Source of the DNA: a bacterium | Lineage (GTDB): Bacteria > SAR324 > NAC60-12 | DNA: 30,190 nucleotides | NCBI GenBank assembly: GCA_965233585.1 | Contig: CBDDTI010000315.1 | Coordinates: 1-30,190, forward strand | Direction: 5' to 3' | In this document: piece after piece, positions 1 through 11,536 of the stretch | How the letters are laid out: every line of letters begins with the position of its first letter | Position numbering within the stretch: position 1 is the first letter of the stretch | Position numbers and translations under genes: made by a program | The notes under the pieces: model-generated | Seen by the model: only the letters and a program-made list of their open reading frames with translations | Databases searched by the model: none | What the model was told of the DNA's origin: nothing

Positions 1-1339
1 GTAGACGCAAACAATAAATACATGAATGAAGATTATGATAAATCCAAACCTTCATCATACATAAGTTATTTAGATGCTAATAACCTTTACGGATTAGCAA
101 TATGTAAGAAACTGCCATATGGTGATTTTAAATGGTATTACGGCAGAATGGATGAGAAGAGGGTAATGAAATATAGTGATGATGATGACATAGGATACAT
201 ATTAGAAGTTGATTTAGATTACCCAAAAGAACTACATGATTTACATAAAGACTATCCATTAGCACCTGAAATCATGTGTATCAATGAGAGTATGCTTTCA
301 CAAGTCCAAAAGGATATACACAAATACTATTACGGAAAGGATGCCAGTGATGAAAAGGCAAATAAATTAGTATTAAATGTTATGGGTAAAAAGAAGTATG
401 TTTTACATATATCAGCATTGAAGTTCTATTTACAACATGGATTACGTCTTAGAAAAGTCCATAGAGCGATGAGTTTTAAAGCAAGCAAATTTCTTAAAAC
501 CATTCATTGAATTCAACACCGAAAAGAGAAAGAATGCCAAAAATGATTTTGAAAAAGATTTGTTTAAGCTAATGAACAACAGTGTATATGGCAAGACCAT
601 GGAGAATGTAAGAAAGCATGGTGATTATGAGATAGTCAATACGCCTGAACGCTTCCAAAAACTGGTAAATAAACCGCTATTCAAGCACATGTATATCATA
701 AATGAAGGCCTTGTAATTGTTGAAAAAGATAAACACACAGTGGAACTAAACAAACCTATCTACATGGGTATGTCTATTTTAGACTATTCTAAAATTCACA
801 TGTATTCGTTTTACTATGATGTTTTGAAACCAAAATATCAAGATAATATCAAGTTGGTATATACTGATACTGATAGTTATGTAATAAAAGTTGAGACTGA
901 TGACTTATATGAAGACTTTAAGGAGATTAATGAATACATGGATTTTAGTGATTATCCACCAGAGCATCCAAACTATGATAAAACAAATAAGAAGGTATTA
1001 GGCAAGTTCAAGGATGAAATGAACAGTAAAATAATTACTCACTTTATAGGATTGAAACCAAAGGCATATTGCTATAAAGTATATGGTGATGATAAAGAAC
1101 ATAAGAAGAGTAAAGGAGTAGTAAAGCATAAAGTGAGTAATCAGTTAAGTTATAAAACTTATGAAGAGACATTGAATAGAAACTGTAAAGAAGAAGTCAG
1201 TTTTAACACTATCAGAAGCAAGAACCATCAAATCTATAGCATTAATCAGACTAAGTATGCTTTGAGCCACTACGATAATAAACGCTACTGGTTTTCAGAT
1301 TTTGAAAGTCTCCCGTTTGGACATTATGCCATAAAATAG
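1..1339 (+). pseudogene. polB: Protein-primed family B DNA polymerase, C-terminal polymerase domain, one frameshift near 480
   Basis: Motif A YLDANNLYG, motif B KLMNNSVYGKT, motif C YTDTDS, plus GKFKDE and KPKAY. ORFs 22-510 and 560-1339 join if the extra A in TTTTAAAGCAAG is removed (arm B reads TTTTAAGCAAG). Confidence 0.93.
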
Positions 1340-1384
1340 CTACACAACGAAAAGATGGTTTAAGATGTATGGATATAAAAAAGA

Positions 1385-2007
1385 TGTAAACAGATATGAA
1401 ACGGACAAATCCATAAGATAGTTTATTGGTTAAAATAGTTGCTACATCGGTTCAACAACTGAAAAACTGAGTCAAAGAATGGCAAGACATAGAAGAGATT
1501 ATGAATCTTATCTATATACACAATACAAATCCCCAAAAACACCATATTAACTCTATGAAATCGTTTGATGAGTTCGGTGTTGAAAACTGTAAAATGGTTC
1601 TTATGGAAGAACGCCCATGCCAAAACAGAAAGCAACTCAAAAACAGAGAAGGTGAATATATTGAAAATGATAAGAGCCGTCTTAGCGGATGTTTTGTTGG
1701 TCGGACTTGAATGGAATATTACGATGCCACAGGAGAGCATCACCTTGAAGAAACGAAAGGACGCCACGTATTCAAATAGAGAATATTGAAAAATACAAAG
1801 AAAAAGACAAACAGCATCATGAGAACAAAAAACAAAATATAAGAACACTAGAAAAATAAAGATAGATATAATGAGAAGAATTTAAGTATAGAGAAGAAAA
1901 CAGAGAAGCAATGAGGCAAACACAAAGAAAAAGATACCAAAGGGAGAAAAATAGAAGTAATGCCCAAAACAAGAGAAAGGCCAAAACAGAAGAAAGAAGA
2001 ACAGTTA
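1385..2007 (+). pseudogene. GIY-YIG endonuclease remnant (viral type) with Lys/Glu-rich tail
   Basis: Manual translation from 1440 gives CYIGSTTEKLSQRMARHRRDY. After a frameshift it continues SFDEFGVENCKMVLMEERPCQNRKQLKNREGEYIEN...GRT*. Several stops and frameshifts; ends are approximate. Confidence 0.8.
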
Positions 2008-2944
2008 CTAATCAACCAATAGTAATTCATGCCTATTATATCTTTTACTCATTCCATCCAATTTATAATATCTATTATTCATCATATCACGACCAACTAA
2101 TATCAATTTGTATTTCCTTTCACTCCATTGACTTCTAGTTTCTTTCCTTGATACATAGTTGCCCTTTCCTTTATCAAATATCTTAACATAATCTCCTTCA
2201 CTTATGTTTGGATATTTTCTCTTGTGCTTTTCTTTCAGTATCAGATTTGTTCTGACCTGAATTACGTTATCAAGATTGTGCGCATTATTAGGTGTTGTCT
2301 TGGTGCTACCGTGGATTTGGTTGTTGTATCTATTCAACGAGGGCTTTAGCACTTCCACCCATGTTTTGGTTTTGTAATGCCTCAATCTGTCCCCAATCAT
2401 TTTTTTGACCGTGCGTATCATCCTTTCTGCCTGATTTGCATGCGTCTTTGTTATTACGTGTGTTATACCTTCCTCCTTAAAGAATGTTTTCAGTTTCTTG
2501 CTGTTCAACGCTCCTTCGTCGTCGCTGTAAATCGACAAAGGCTGGCCTAATACCTTGAAACACTCCATGACTGCTTTATAAACGTCATCACCATCTTTAT
2601 TCTCGGTAGGGACTATGTGACATTTTTTGCTGAATATATCTATGCAAGCCAAACCATATCTTAGTTGACTTTTGATTTCAGAACCTACGTCTCGCAGCAA
2701 ACTGGTGACATCCATCAAGTCAATTTGGAATTCATACTTGGGAAACGGTGCAGTGTAGGAATTGTAGTTCTTGTAGTTTCTTGTTTGCTTGTTCGGTTGC
2801 GCCCTCATCCATGCAGATACCATATCCAAAGTTATGCCCACATCGACTTTCCTCGCCTTTTCGTATAAGTCCCTCACCGAACCGAAGCCCTCCTCCACGT
2901 CGTAATATTTTTTCCAATACCTTTTCTTTTTCCAATCTTGTCAT
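2008..2944 (-). CDS. int: Retroviral-type (rve/c-integrase) DDE integrase of Polinton type; likely ATG at 2944 is separated from the 2008-2898 ORF by an A-run frameshift
   Basis: DDE triad context FQIDL / YSDDEG / AERMIRT, also IDIFSK, YNNQIHGSTKTTP and C-terminal GDYVKI...WSE...Y.L...EL. MTRLEKEKVLEK joins YYDVEEGFGS with a 1-nt correction. Confidence 0.92.
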
Positions 2945-2958
2945 TAGAAATACTTAGA

Positions 2959-2998
2959 TTATAATTTTATGATGTTTTCTTGCATCATAAAATCATAA
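2959..2998. terminator. 16-bp stem / 8-nt loop hairpin just downstream of the Zn-finger ORF (arm A copy)
   Basis: TTATAATTTTATGATG-ttttcttg-CATCATAAAATCATAA with one mismatch. A 3'-end signal role is inference. Confidence 0.5.
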
Positions 2999-3009
2999 CG
3001 AACTTACAC

Positions 3010-3357
3010 TCAGCACCTTTGGCACTTTTTGGTTTTCTTGTGCTTTGCCAAGTTTGATTTACAACTTAAGTCAGAACCGCATATATCGCATACGCACGGT
3101 TGTTTCGTTTTCTCTTGGTAATATCTTTGGAAATACGTTTCGTCGTTCGGTTTTCTGTTGTAGTATCCGTCGTCCTGCTTTCTCCATTCAGCATTTCTAG
3201 CCTTTTCACCAAATGAACCTGTTTTATCACCTTCTTCAGACGAAGAAGACGTTTCGCTGTCAGTCAGTTCTTTGTTTCCAAAACCGTTCCAAATAACGTC
3301 GAAGGTTTGATTAGTCGTTGACATTTCAACTCCGTTGCTTACAAAGTAACAAGGCAT
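3010..3357 (-). CDS. Small protein with C-terminal zinc finger (115 aa)
   Basis: ATG-initiated ORF ending CVCDICGSDLSCKSNLAKHKKTKKC; conserved in arm B. Confidence 0.75.
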   Translation of the reverse strand: MPCYFVSNGVEMSTTNQTFDVIWNGFGNKELTDSETSSSSEEGDKTGSFGEKARNAEWRKQDDGYYNRKPNDETYFQRYYQEKTKQPCVCDICGSDLSCKSNLAKHKKTKKCQRC

Positions 3358-3654
3358 ACTGCAAATATAGTTAACTATATATCTAAATATTTGTTTAAGT
3401 ATTTTTCATCAGAAACATTAGATTTGTCCTGATGTCATCTCTGCGTGCCTTTTCGCGCAAGACTTTAATTAACAGAACAAGACCCAATTTTCAACATCAA
3501 AGTTTATAGGTTTGAGCAGTTTACCTTTCCAACTTCCCACCGGTTGACTTATTTTTAGAGACGCCCCGTCCTAAAACCTCAAAAATCCAAACCCAAACAT
3601 GCTTTGCGTTCAAAACAGTGAGACTTGAGCTTTGTCCCAAGCCAATCCAAAAAC

Positions 3655-3990
3655 CAAGCCAATTTCCCCGCAAATCGAAACCGTTTTTCCCAAAAAACGG
3701 AGCCTGTTCTTCCCAAAAACGGAGCATGTTTTTTCCCAAAAAAGGAACATGTTTTTCCCAAAAACGGAGCTTGTTCGTCCCCAAAACGGAGCATGTTTTT
3801 CCCAAAAACGGAGCATGTTTTTCCCAAAAACGGAGCCTGTTTTTCCCAAAAAAGGCACATGTTTTTCCCCAAAATCGGTGACGCATTTCCCCAAAATTGG
3901 AACGGATTTCCCCAAAATCGGTGACAGATTTCCCCAAAGTCGGTGACGGATTCGGTGACAGATTTCCTCAAAGTCAGTGGCTGATTTCCT
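3655..3990. repeat. ~22-bp tandem array, about 14 degenerate units of two subtypes
   Basis: Units CCCAAAAACGGAGCATGTTTTT (CGGA at ~3698, 3720, 3765, 3787, 3809, 3831) grade into CCCCAAAATCGGTGACAGATTT. Confidence 0.9.
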
Positions 3991-4421
3991 GAGAGCCCAG
4001 CCTCGTTAGCCGGAACCCCAACTCCCAAAGCCAAAAAATACCAAACGCATTTTTAAGTATGTACATACTTGCTCAAAACACAAAAACAATGAGGGATTTC
4101 CAGCCCGCAACCACTCATGGAGCTTGCAGGAAAACGCAAACGAGGGTGAACCTGTGGATTTCTTGCGTCAGCACGTTGAAATGTATTTGCAAACATGGCA
4201 TGCTTCCATGCGCGTCTGGGTTTGATGTTTAGTTTCAAGCTTTCGGCTCAGCGTTTGCAGATGAATTCCGGGGCAACAGCCCCTTCCGTGCAGCTCAGTC
4301 TTAGAAGGCTCAATTCAGAACGCATCGAACAAACAGTGTTGGGTAGCCAGAACAAAGAACTATTCCAGAACGGGTCGAAACTCAGTTTTGATTGCTTGAT
4401 TGCGACCCTTTTTTCAGTGCA

Positions 4422-6220
4422 ATGGCTTCCAAGAGAAGCGCTTCAGCTTCTTGTCTGCGTCTTGCTGCAATTAGTTGTTTTTTGGTCGGCGCCTTCCAAA
4501 ATTTGACCTTCAGCATCCCAAAGCAGATAGAGGAAAGCGCCCAAAACAAAGGCATCAGTCCCGCCCAATACCTGAAAGATGTGAGCAACAGAGCAGAGCT
4601 TTACCAAAAGAGCAACGCGGTTGCTGGGCGAGAGGAGTTTGTGAAGACATTGAATGAGGCAGTGCGGTTGAGCTATCCGTTGTTTCTCATGAACTTGTTT
4701 TAATTCTGTTTGGAGTTTAGAGGTTCAGTATGGTTAAGGAAGTTTATGCGGTTATTAGACGGTTTTTCCTGTCCATTTTTGAAAAGACTTCAGCTCAGCT
4801 AAATTGTGATACAGTTCAAGATGTCACGCAACTTCGTCAGGCTATGGGAAAGTCTGGTTTGCACCTTGTCATTGGGGGCAAGTCCCTCGGAGAGACCAAA
4901 ATTGTGCAGACCGTTGTTGACAATGCTGGCGATGAAGCTCCTTTGCTCTACGTCAATATGCGTCTCCCTAGCAAAGCCCAGTCAACGGATGCATTGGAAT
5001 GTTTGCAAGAAGAAGCTAAGCGAAGATGGACCGCAAAGAATTTGCCATTCGGGGCAGAGCGGCTGGTTGCCGCCGGTTCTGCGGTTCTTGGAGCACTTGG
5101 CAAAGCGAACTTAAAGAAGAGTGACGATGAGGAGATAGGAGAGGGTGCAGTGGAAACTCTTCTCTCTTTGTTTCTCAACATCACCAAGCCCGAGGAGTTC
5201 ATCAAGGCTTTTGTTGCGGCAACAATGGCTGCAGAGACGGTTCCAGTCATGATTGTTGATGAAGCCAACATCGCCTTTCCCAATGGTAACGGTGGGAATG
5301 GGAATGGCAGAAGAGAAGCAGCTTACAGAGCGCTCGCAACCTTTGTGGCGCTGACAAAGGAGCAGGGGAAAGCGTCTATTATTCTGGTTGCCTCTGACTA
5401 TGATTTCCCATTGGGACTACAAGCTCTTGGCTTCAACAAGTATGATGCCCTCAATACGATTGTAGCTCCGGAGGCTGAAGAGAAGCCTATGCTTTCTTTG
5501 CTGCAAGAGTGGGGTTTGTCTCAAGACTTGGCACAGGAGCTATGAGCAACTTTGCGCAGTGCTTTTCTAAAGCTTGCTTTTGTTAGCTCATGCTCGTGTA
5601 AAACAGGGTCGAATTTTGGTGTTCTTTGTTTTGTTGAATTTCTTGTAATCAGTTTATCACGGGATGCATGGGTCGGAACTGTTTGCGTGCAATACCATGT
5701 GAAATCGGAATATGGCAAATGCTTTTGTGTTGTGGGCTGGCAGGAGTTCTATGAGACCTTCGGTGGAAACGTTTTTTTGTGCCACCAGGCGGTCGACAAG
5801 CTCCGTGAGCAATTCGAGTTGGGTCAGGAGAGGCTCTTCGACCCCTTCAACGTCCGAGGCAATGCCGGCTTAGATGACCTCGTTGGTGACCCGCTCACTC
5901 GGAAGCACATGGAGAACTTGGCTCAGAAAGGATGGTCGCAAGTAGAGGGTGGCGCTGCAGAAGCGGAGACGGAGAGCCAGAAGGGTGCTCGCATCATCGC
6001 CAAGAAGAACTTCGGCGCCATCATCGAGAGACAGACCACTACTTTCTTTGACCAAGCCTTGAAGGAAGATATGTTCAGAGACCCAGATGCTGTGCGGGTT
6101 TTAATTCCACCAACTACATATGCACGCAAGTGCATCCAGCGGATGGTGGACACGGTGAAACCAAGCAACTTGGACTTCAAAGAAAGACTTTTCTTTTGGA
6201 GCAACCTCTCGTCACTATGA
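4422..6220 (+). CDS. Spliced P-loop NTPase (archaeal-ATPase/STAND-like) gene; exons 4422-4658, 4841-5536, 5744-6220; Walker A K->E
   Basis: In-frame joins give GREEFVKTLNE|AMGKSGLHLVIGGKSLGETK, Walker B VMIVDEAN, and QDLAQ|EFYETFGGN. Intron 1 is GC-AG (4659-4840) and intron 2 is GA-AG (5537-5743). The N-terminus is hydrophobic and the ATG follows TTTTTTCAG. The 3' end is uncertain. Confidence 0.75.
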
Positions 6221-6624
6221 GCCCCATTCATTTTGCAGTTTGTTTCTCAATCTTTCAGGAGCATTTATCGGATACGCGAACCATTTTTTCTCCATCCGTT
6301 CTCGGTTGAACATGTTGAACGTAAGGCATCACCAGACCACAAGCTGGAGCAGTGTGGGTGAGGCAACTAAAGGCGGACAGGAGTGACCGGTGCCAGTCAG
6401 TTGCTTCACCAAGGAAGCACTATTGTATTGGGTTCTACGATAAATTTAAACAATCATGTCTATGCCAACTCAGCAGCAAACTGCATGGATTGATGGTGGT
6501 AATGCAACTTTCCTCCCAAGCCAAACATGTGATTATGTGTAAGCCCGCTATGCAAAATAATACTGTGTCATTTTATGTTCTTGAGACAGCTCAGCACTAT
6601 TTGGGGAGAAGATTGCAGGGTTGT

Positions 6625-7880
6625 TCATTCCTCAGGATTTGTTTAAACATATGTTCCAATAATCTTCCTGCGATTGATAGAGAGGATTTAGACTGAAGAC
6701 TTTGTATGTTTTTCTGCCACGCCCTTGTTCCTTTGCTGTGCCCTTTTGTCAGGTGTAGGAAGAACTTTTATTATCGAAAAGCCATGCCCCAAACTAAAAG
6801 CGTGATTAAGGGTAAGTCCACTGTGCAAGAAAATACACTGTCATGCTACGAACTTGGTAGGGTGCAGGGCGTCTTAAGGGAGAAGATAATGGGTTTTTTC
6901 CTTCAGGATTTGTTGAATGATATCTTCCCAACATTTGCCTTAAATTGGTAGAGAGGATAGACTAAAGACGTTTGTGCGATTTTCTGCCATGCCCTTGTTC
7001 CTTTGCCGTGCCCTTTTGTCTGTTCCCACCTCAACATCTCACCTTTTGAATGATACAGCAAGTGTTGAACAAGCAGCCTTGTCATTCCTATATGTTCCTC
7101 TCATGTGTTGCTTTGAATGGTTCGTGTGCCAAAAACGGTGTTGATTGGTCGTGTGGATGAAAGTAGGCTTGAGCTCCATCAATTCTCCCACTCAAGCGTC
7201 AAAAGCATTGTTATTTACAAGAGCCACTGCAACAGTTGATGCCATTGTTCCCTTCAAAGTTCCTCTGACTAGTGTTAGGTTAAATACAAGTGATTTGTTC
7301 AGTCGACGCTTCAAGAGATTTCCCACTGCCATGTTGCCATGTTGCCAAATGTTTTGCAAGGTGCGTTGCGTTGCTTGTCATGCGCGTTAAGTGTTTGCTA
7401 TGTGTTTTTTTGAGCACGGCCGGACATTGGTTGAAAGGGTGGCGCTGGAATCAAGATATCTTTCAAACGTTTCCCTCAATTTGATAGAGAGGATTTCGAC
7501 GAAAGACTTGGCATGTTTTCTGGAATGCCACTGTTTCTTTCCCATGTTCATTTTGACTCTTCCTACTCAACACCTCATCTTTTGAGAAACACTGCAAGTG
7601 TTGAACGAGCGGCTTTGTCGTCCCTATGTGTTCCTTTCATGTGTTCCTTTTTGTGGTTCTTGTGCTAAAAGCCGGTGTTAATTGGTCATGTTAACACAGG
7701 TAGGGTTGTGTTCCATCATTTCTCCTAGTCGAGCATCAAAGGCTTTGTAATTTGCAAAAGTCAATGGAACAGTTTATGCCTTTGTCCCTTTTCGTTTTGA
7801 CTAGTGTTAGGTTAAGATTTAAGTGGTTTGTTCAGCCAAAACTTTATCAAGAGATTTCCTTCAGCCATGCGTTCATGTCT
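6625..7880. repeat. Diverged direct repeats: ~6915-7345 is similar to ~7455-7875, with a shorter third copy at ~6630-6752
   Basis: Shared TTG(A/G)TAGAGAGGAT at 6674, 6945 and 7481. GACTAGTGTTAGGTTAA is exact at 7267 and 7799. GCCCTTGTTCCTTTGC-GTGCCCTTTTGTC occurs at 6721 and 6991. Confidence 0.8.
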
Positions 7881-9499
7881 TCCTCGCCAGTCAAGAGATT
7901 GGTTGCGGGCAAGCGGCTTGTGCAACACGGGTTTGGGTTTGAATGTCTTGGCTGTTGACCTTGCAGGACGGCAAAGGTGGCTTCGAGTTCGTTGGCAATG
8001 GATTTCAAGTCAAGGATAAGGACGCTAGAAAAGTGATGCGAAATGCCAGCAGTTTCAACTCACCTAAGTTTGATTCGCTTTTGTCAGTTTTTTCTTTTCA
8101 GGACATCCAGAATATGGATGACTTGAAAAAAGTGTAGACCTCAAGCGAAATTTTGTTTGTCTCTTGTTCTGGGAACATTTTTCAGAAGAGACGTGACAAA
8201 GATTGAGCAGAGCAAACATTTTTGCAATCTGTGCTGTGAGTTCATGGTTTGCATTCATGTCAAAAACTGTGCCGTAACGTTCAAACTTGGTGCATTGACT
8301 AAACCAATTTAGCGTTTGGTTTCCGGCAATGCGTGAGGCTTAGTGAGCGTTGAGACGACAAAGTCGACAGTGAAAATCAGAGCATGTTTGTCTTTGAAAG
8401 AGTGTAAAAGTGGGTCGTTTTTCTGTGAGGCGATTGAGAAGGAGATGAAATTGTCAATCGCAGCTCCCTTGATTGACATCTACAGCCTGAAGGACAGCTT
8501 CGCTATTTTCTTCCACCATCCACCGCACTATCTAACCTGACCTTTCGAAACAGTGCTTCAAGTTGTCGTTTGAGTATTGTGATATGCCAGTTTGCTCATC
8601 GTGGATTTGCAGGGTGGAAGTTGGACGCGGGAAGATGAAGAAGCACCAGTCAATCGTGGCAAGTCCAAGCCCATCACTTGGTGTTTCGTTTTGAGCAGCT
8701 TTTGCAATGCTTCGGTTCAGATTGATGTCATTGTTTACAACTTTCTGATGTATTTTTGTTGCCGCCTCTGAGCATTCAGGACAGACTGCTATGGTTTCAC
8801 GATACCATCAGCGTGAGTGTGTGTCTCAGCTTTCTCAGCAACCTGCTGTAGCTTGACGGTAATGGAGTTCCGTGGTCACCGCAACAAATTTGGCTCTCAT
8901 GAGGGTCTGTTTGTTGCTCTGTCGGCTGAGGCTGTCGAAATCCAATGAGAGCACGCATGTGAGCGTGTATGTAGTCTATTAATGTTTCACTTCGTATCAC
9001 AGAATCAGCACAGTTGGTTCGTTGTGGTATGACCTTGCGTCAATGATAGAGTATGCGTTGCAGTTGGACAATTCCAACTTGGACTGAAGGGTTGACTTTT
9101 CCTGACAAACAGGTCATGCATGCAACGGGTGCAGGAGCAATGACCCAAGAGCTGGTCATAGCATGTTTCATTCAGGCGTTGCACATAGCGCCCAAGCACA
9201 GACCAAGCAACATACAGTTTCCTAAAAAAAGACTTGCGCTTAATTTTGGACAGGCTTTCCTGGGAGTCGGAGCTTTGAATGGACAACTAGAAGAAAATTT
9301 AAGGAAAATCGGTGGAAAACTAGTGGACAAAGTTTTGGCAACTAAGGGTGCCTTTTCAACATGCTAAACTCCTTGTAGTCACGAAAAGCATGCCACCGAC
9401 TTATATGAGACGGCGTAAAGATATTATACACAAAACCCCCATCGGGCAAAAAGTACTTAAACAAATATTAAGATATATAACTGACTATATATACACAGT

Positions 9500-9867
9500 A
9501 TGCCTTGTTACTTTGTAAGCAACGGTTTGTAAGCAACGGAGTTGAAATGTCAATGACTAATCAATCCTTTGACTTTATTTGGAACGGTTTCGGAAACAAA
9601 GAACTGACTGACAGCGAAACGTCTTCTTCGTCTGAAGAAGGTGATAAAACAGGTTCTTTTGGTGAAAAGGCTAGAAATCCTGAATGGAGAAAGCAGGACG
9701 ACGGATACTACAACAGAAAACCGAATGACGAAACGTATTTCCAAAGATATTACCAAGAGAAAACGAAACAACCGTGCGTATGCGATATATGCGGTTCTGA
9801 CTTAAGTTGTAAATCAAACTTGGCAAAGCACAAGAAAACCAAAAAGTGCCAAAGGTGCTTAGTGTAA
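9500..9867 (+). pseudogene. Zn-finger ORF, arm B copy, frameshifted by a 14-bp tandem duplication
   Basis: ATG at 9500 (MPCYFVSNG), then TTTGTAAGCAACGG twice; the remainder matches 3010-3357. Confidence 0.8.
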
Positions 9868-9872
9868 GTTCG

Positions 9873-9912
9873 TTATGATTTTATGATGCAAGAAAACATC
9901 ATAAAATTATAA
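9873..9912. terminator. 16-bp stem hairpin between Zn-finger stop and integrase start (arm B copy)
   Basis: TTATGATTTTATGATG-caagaaaa-CATCATAAAATTATAA, beginning 6 nt after the stop at 9867. Confidence 0.5.
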
Positions 9913-9926
9913 TCTAAGTATTTCTA

Positions 9927-10864
9927 ATGACAAGATTGGAAAAAGAAAAGGTATTGGAAAAAAATATTACGACGTGGAGGAGGGCTTCGGTTCGGTGAGG
10001 GACTTATACGAAAAGGCGAGGAAAGTCGATGTGGGCATAACTTTGGATATGGTATCTGCATGGATGAGGGCGCAACCGAACAAGCAAACAAGAAACTACA
10101 AGAACTACAATTCCTACACTGCACCGTTTCCCAAGTATGAATTCCAAATTGACTTGATGGATGTCACCAGTTTGCTGCGAGACGTAGGTTCTGAAATCAA
10201 AAGTCAACTAAGATATGGTTTGGCTTGCATAGATATATTCAGTAAAAAATGTCACATAGTCCCTACCGAGAATAAAGATGGTGATGACGTTTATAAAGCA
10301 GTCATGGAGTGTTTCAAGGTATTAGGCCAGCCTTTGTCGATTTACAGCGACGACAAAGGAGCGTTGAACAGCAAGAAACTGCAAACATTCTTTAAGGAGG
10401 AAGGTATAACACACGTAATAACAAAGACGCATGCAAATCAGGCAGAAAGGATGATACGCACGGTCAAAAAAATGATTGGGGACAGATTGAGGCATTACAA
10501 AACCAAAACATGGGTGGAAGTGCTAAAGCCCTCGTTGAATAGATACAACAACCAAATCCACGGTAGCACCAAGACAACACCTAATAATGCGCACAATCTT
10601 GATAACGTAATTCAGGTCAGAACAAATCTGATACTGAAAGAAAAGCACAACAGAAAATATCCAAACATAAGTGAAGGAGATTATGTTAAGATATTTGATA
10701 AAGGAAAGGGCAACTATGTATCAAGGAAAGAAACTAGAAGTCAATGGAGTGAAAGGAAATACAAATTGATATTAGTTGGTCGTGATATGATGAATAATAG
10801 ATATTATAAATTGGATGGAATGAGTAAAAGATATAATAGGCATGAATTACTATTGGTTGATTAG
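9927..10864 (+). CDS. int: DDE integrase, arm B copy (main ORF 9974-10864; ATG 9927 is out of frame at an A-run)
   Basis: Same motifs as arm A. Three amino-acid differences over 296 aa (SDDEG/SDDKG, KLKT/KLQT, KHKR/KHNR). Confidence 0.92.
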
Positions 10865-11495
10865 TAACTGTTCTTCTTTCTTCTGTTTTGGCCTTTCTCT
10901 TGTTTTGGGCATTAATTCTATTTTTCTCTCTTTGGTATCTTTTTCTTTGTGTTTGCCTCATTGCTTCTCTGTTTTCTTCTCTATACTTAAATTCTTCTCA
11001 TTATATCTATCTTTATTTTTCTAGCGTTCTTATATTTTGTTTTTTGTTCTCATGATGCTGTTTGTCTTTTTCTTTGTATTTTTCAATATTCTACAATTTG
11101 AATATTTGGCGTCCTTTCGTTTCTTCAAGGTGATGCTCTCCTGTGGCATCGTAATATTCCATTCAAGTCCGACCAACAAAACATCCGCTAAGACGGCTCT
11201 TATCATTTTCAATATATTCACCTTCTCTGTTTTTGAGTTGCTTTCTGTTTTGGCATGGGCGTTCTTCCATAAGAACCATTTTACAGTTTTCAACACCGAA
11301 CTCATCAAACGATTTCATAGAGTTAATATGGTGTTTTTGGGGATTTGTATTGTGTATATAGATAAGATTCATAATCTCTTCTATGTCTTGCCATTCTTTG
11401 ACTCAGTTTTTCAGTTGTTGAACCGATGTAGCAACTATTTTAACCAACATAAACTATCTTATGGATTTGTCCGTTTCATATCTGTTTACACCTTT
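10865..11495 (-). pseudogene. GIY-YIG endonuclease remnant, arm B copy
   Basis: The reverse strand reads GQIHKIVYVG*NSCYIGSTTEKLSQRMARH..., and the 11163-11372 fragment is identical to arm A 1501-1710. Confidence 0.8.
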
Positions 11496-11536
11496 TTTTA
11501 TATCCATACATCTTAAACCATCTTTTCGTTGTGTAG

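Larger units (their letters stand above)
1..3416 (+). mobile_element. Polinton/Maverick-like module, arm A (truncated by window start): pPolB C-terminal half, GIY-YIG remnant, integrase, Zn-finger ORF
   Basis: Protein-primed PolB next to a DDE integrase is the Polinton hallmark. The segment is the reverse complement of 9448-12873 (position 1 pairs with ~12873), and similarity ends at ~3416/9448. Confidence 0.9.

Noticed and set aside
3521..4034. Six overlapping ORFs on both strands
   Set aside because: Translations of the 22-bp tandem array.
4235..4315. Relict spliced-leader sequence upstream of the ATPase gene (TTTCGGCTCAG, GGCTCAA)
   Set aside because: The matches are too short to distinguish from chance.
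4730..5545. Polinton A32-like packaging ATPase
   Set aside because: The motif context (GRE...GxxxxG[K]T...hhhhDEAN...GGN) and the introns fit an archaeal-ATPase/STAND-like family instead.
8590..8700. LLIVDLQG resembling an alpha-kinase motif
   Set aside because: The flanking alpha-kinase motifs (upstream His, downstream LTDP and the Cys/His Zn site) are not found; one short match is insufficient.
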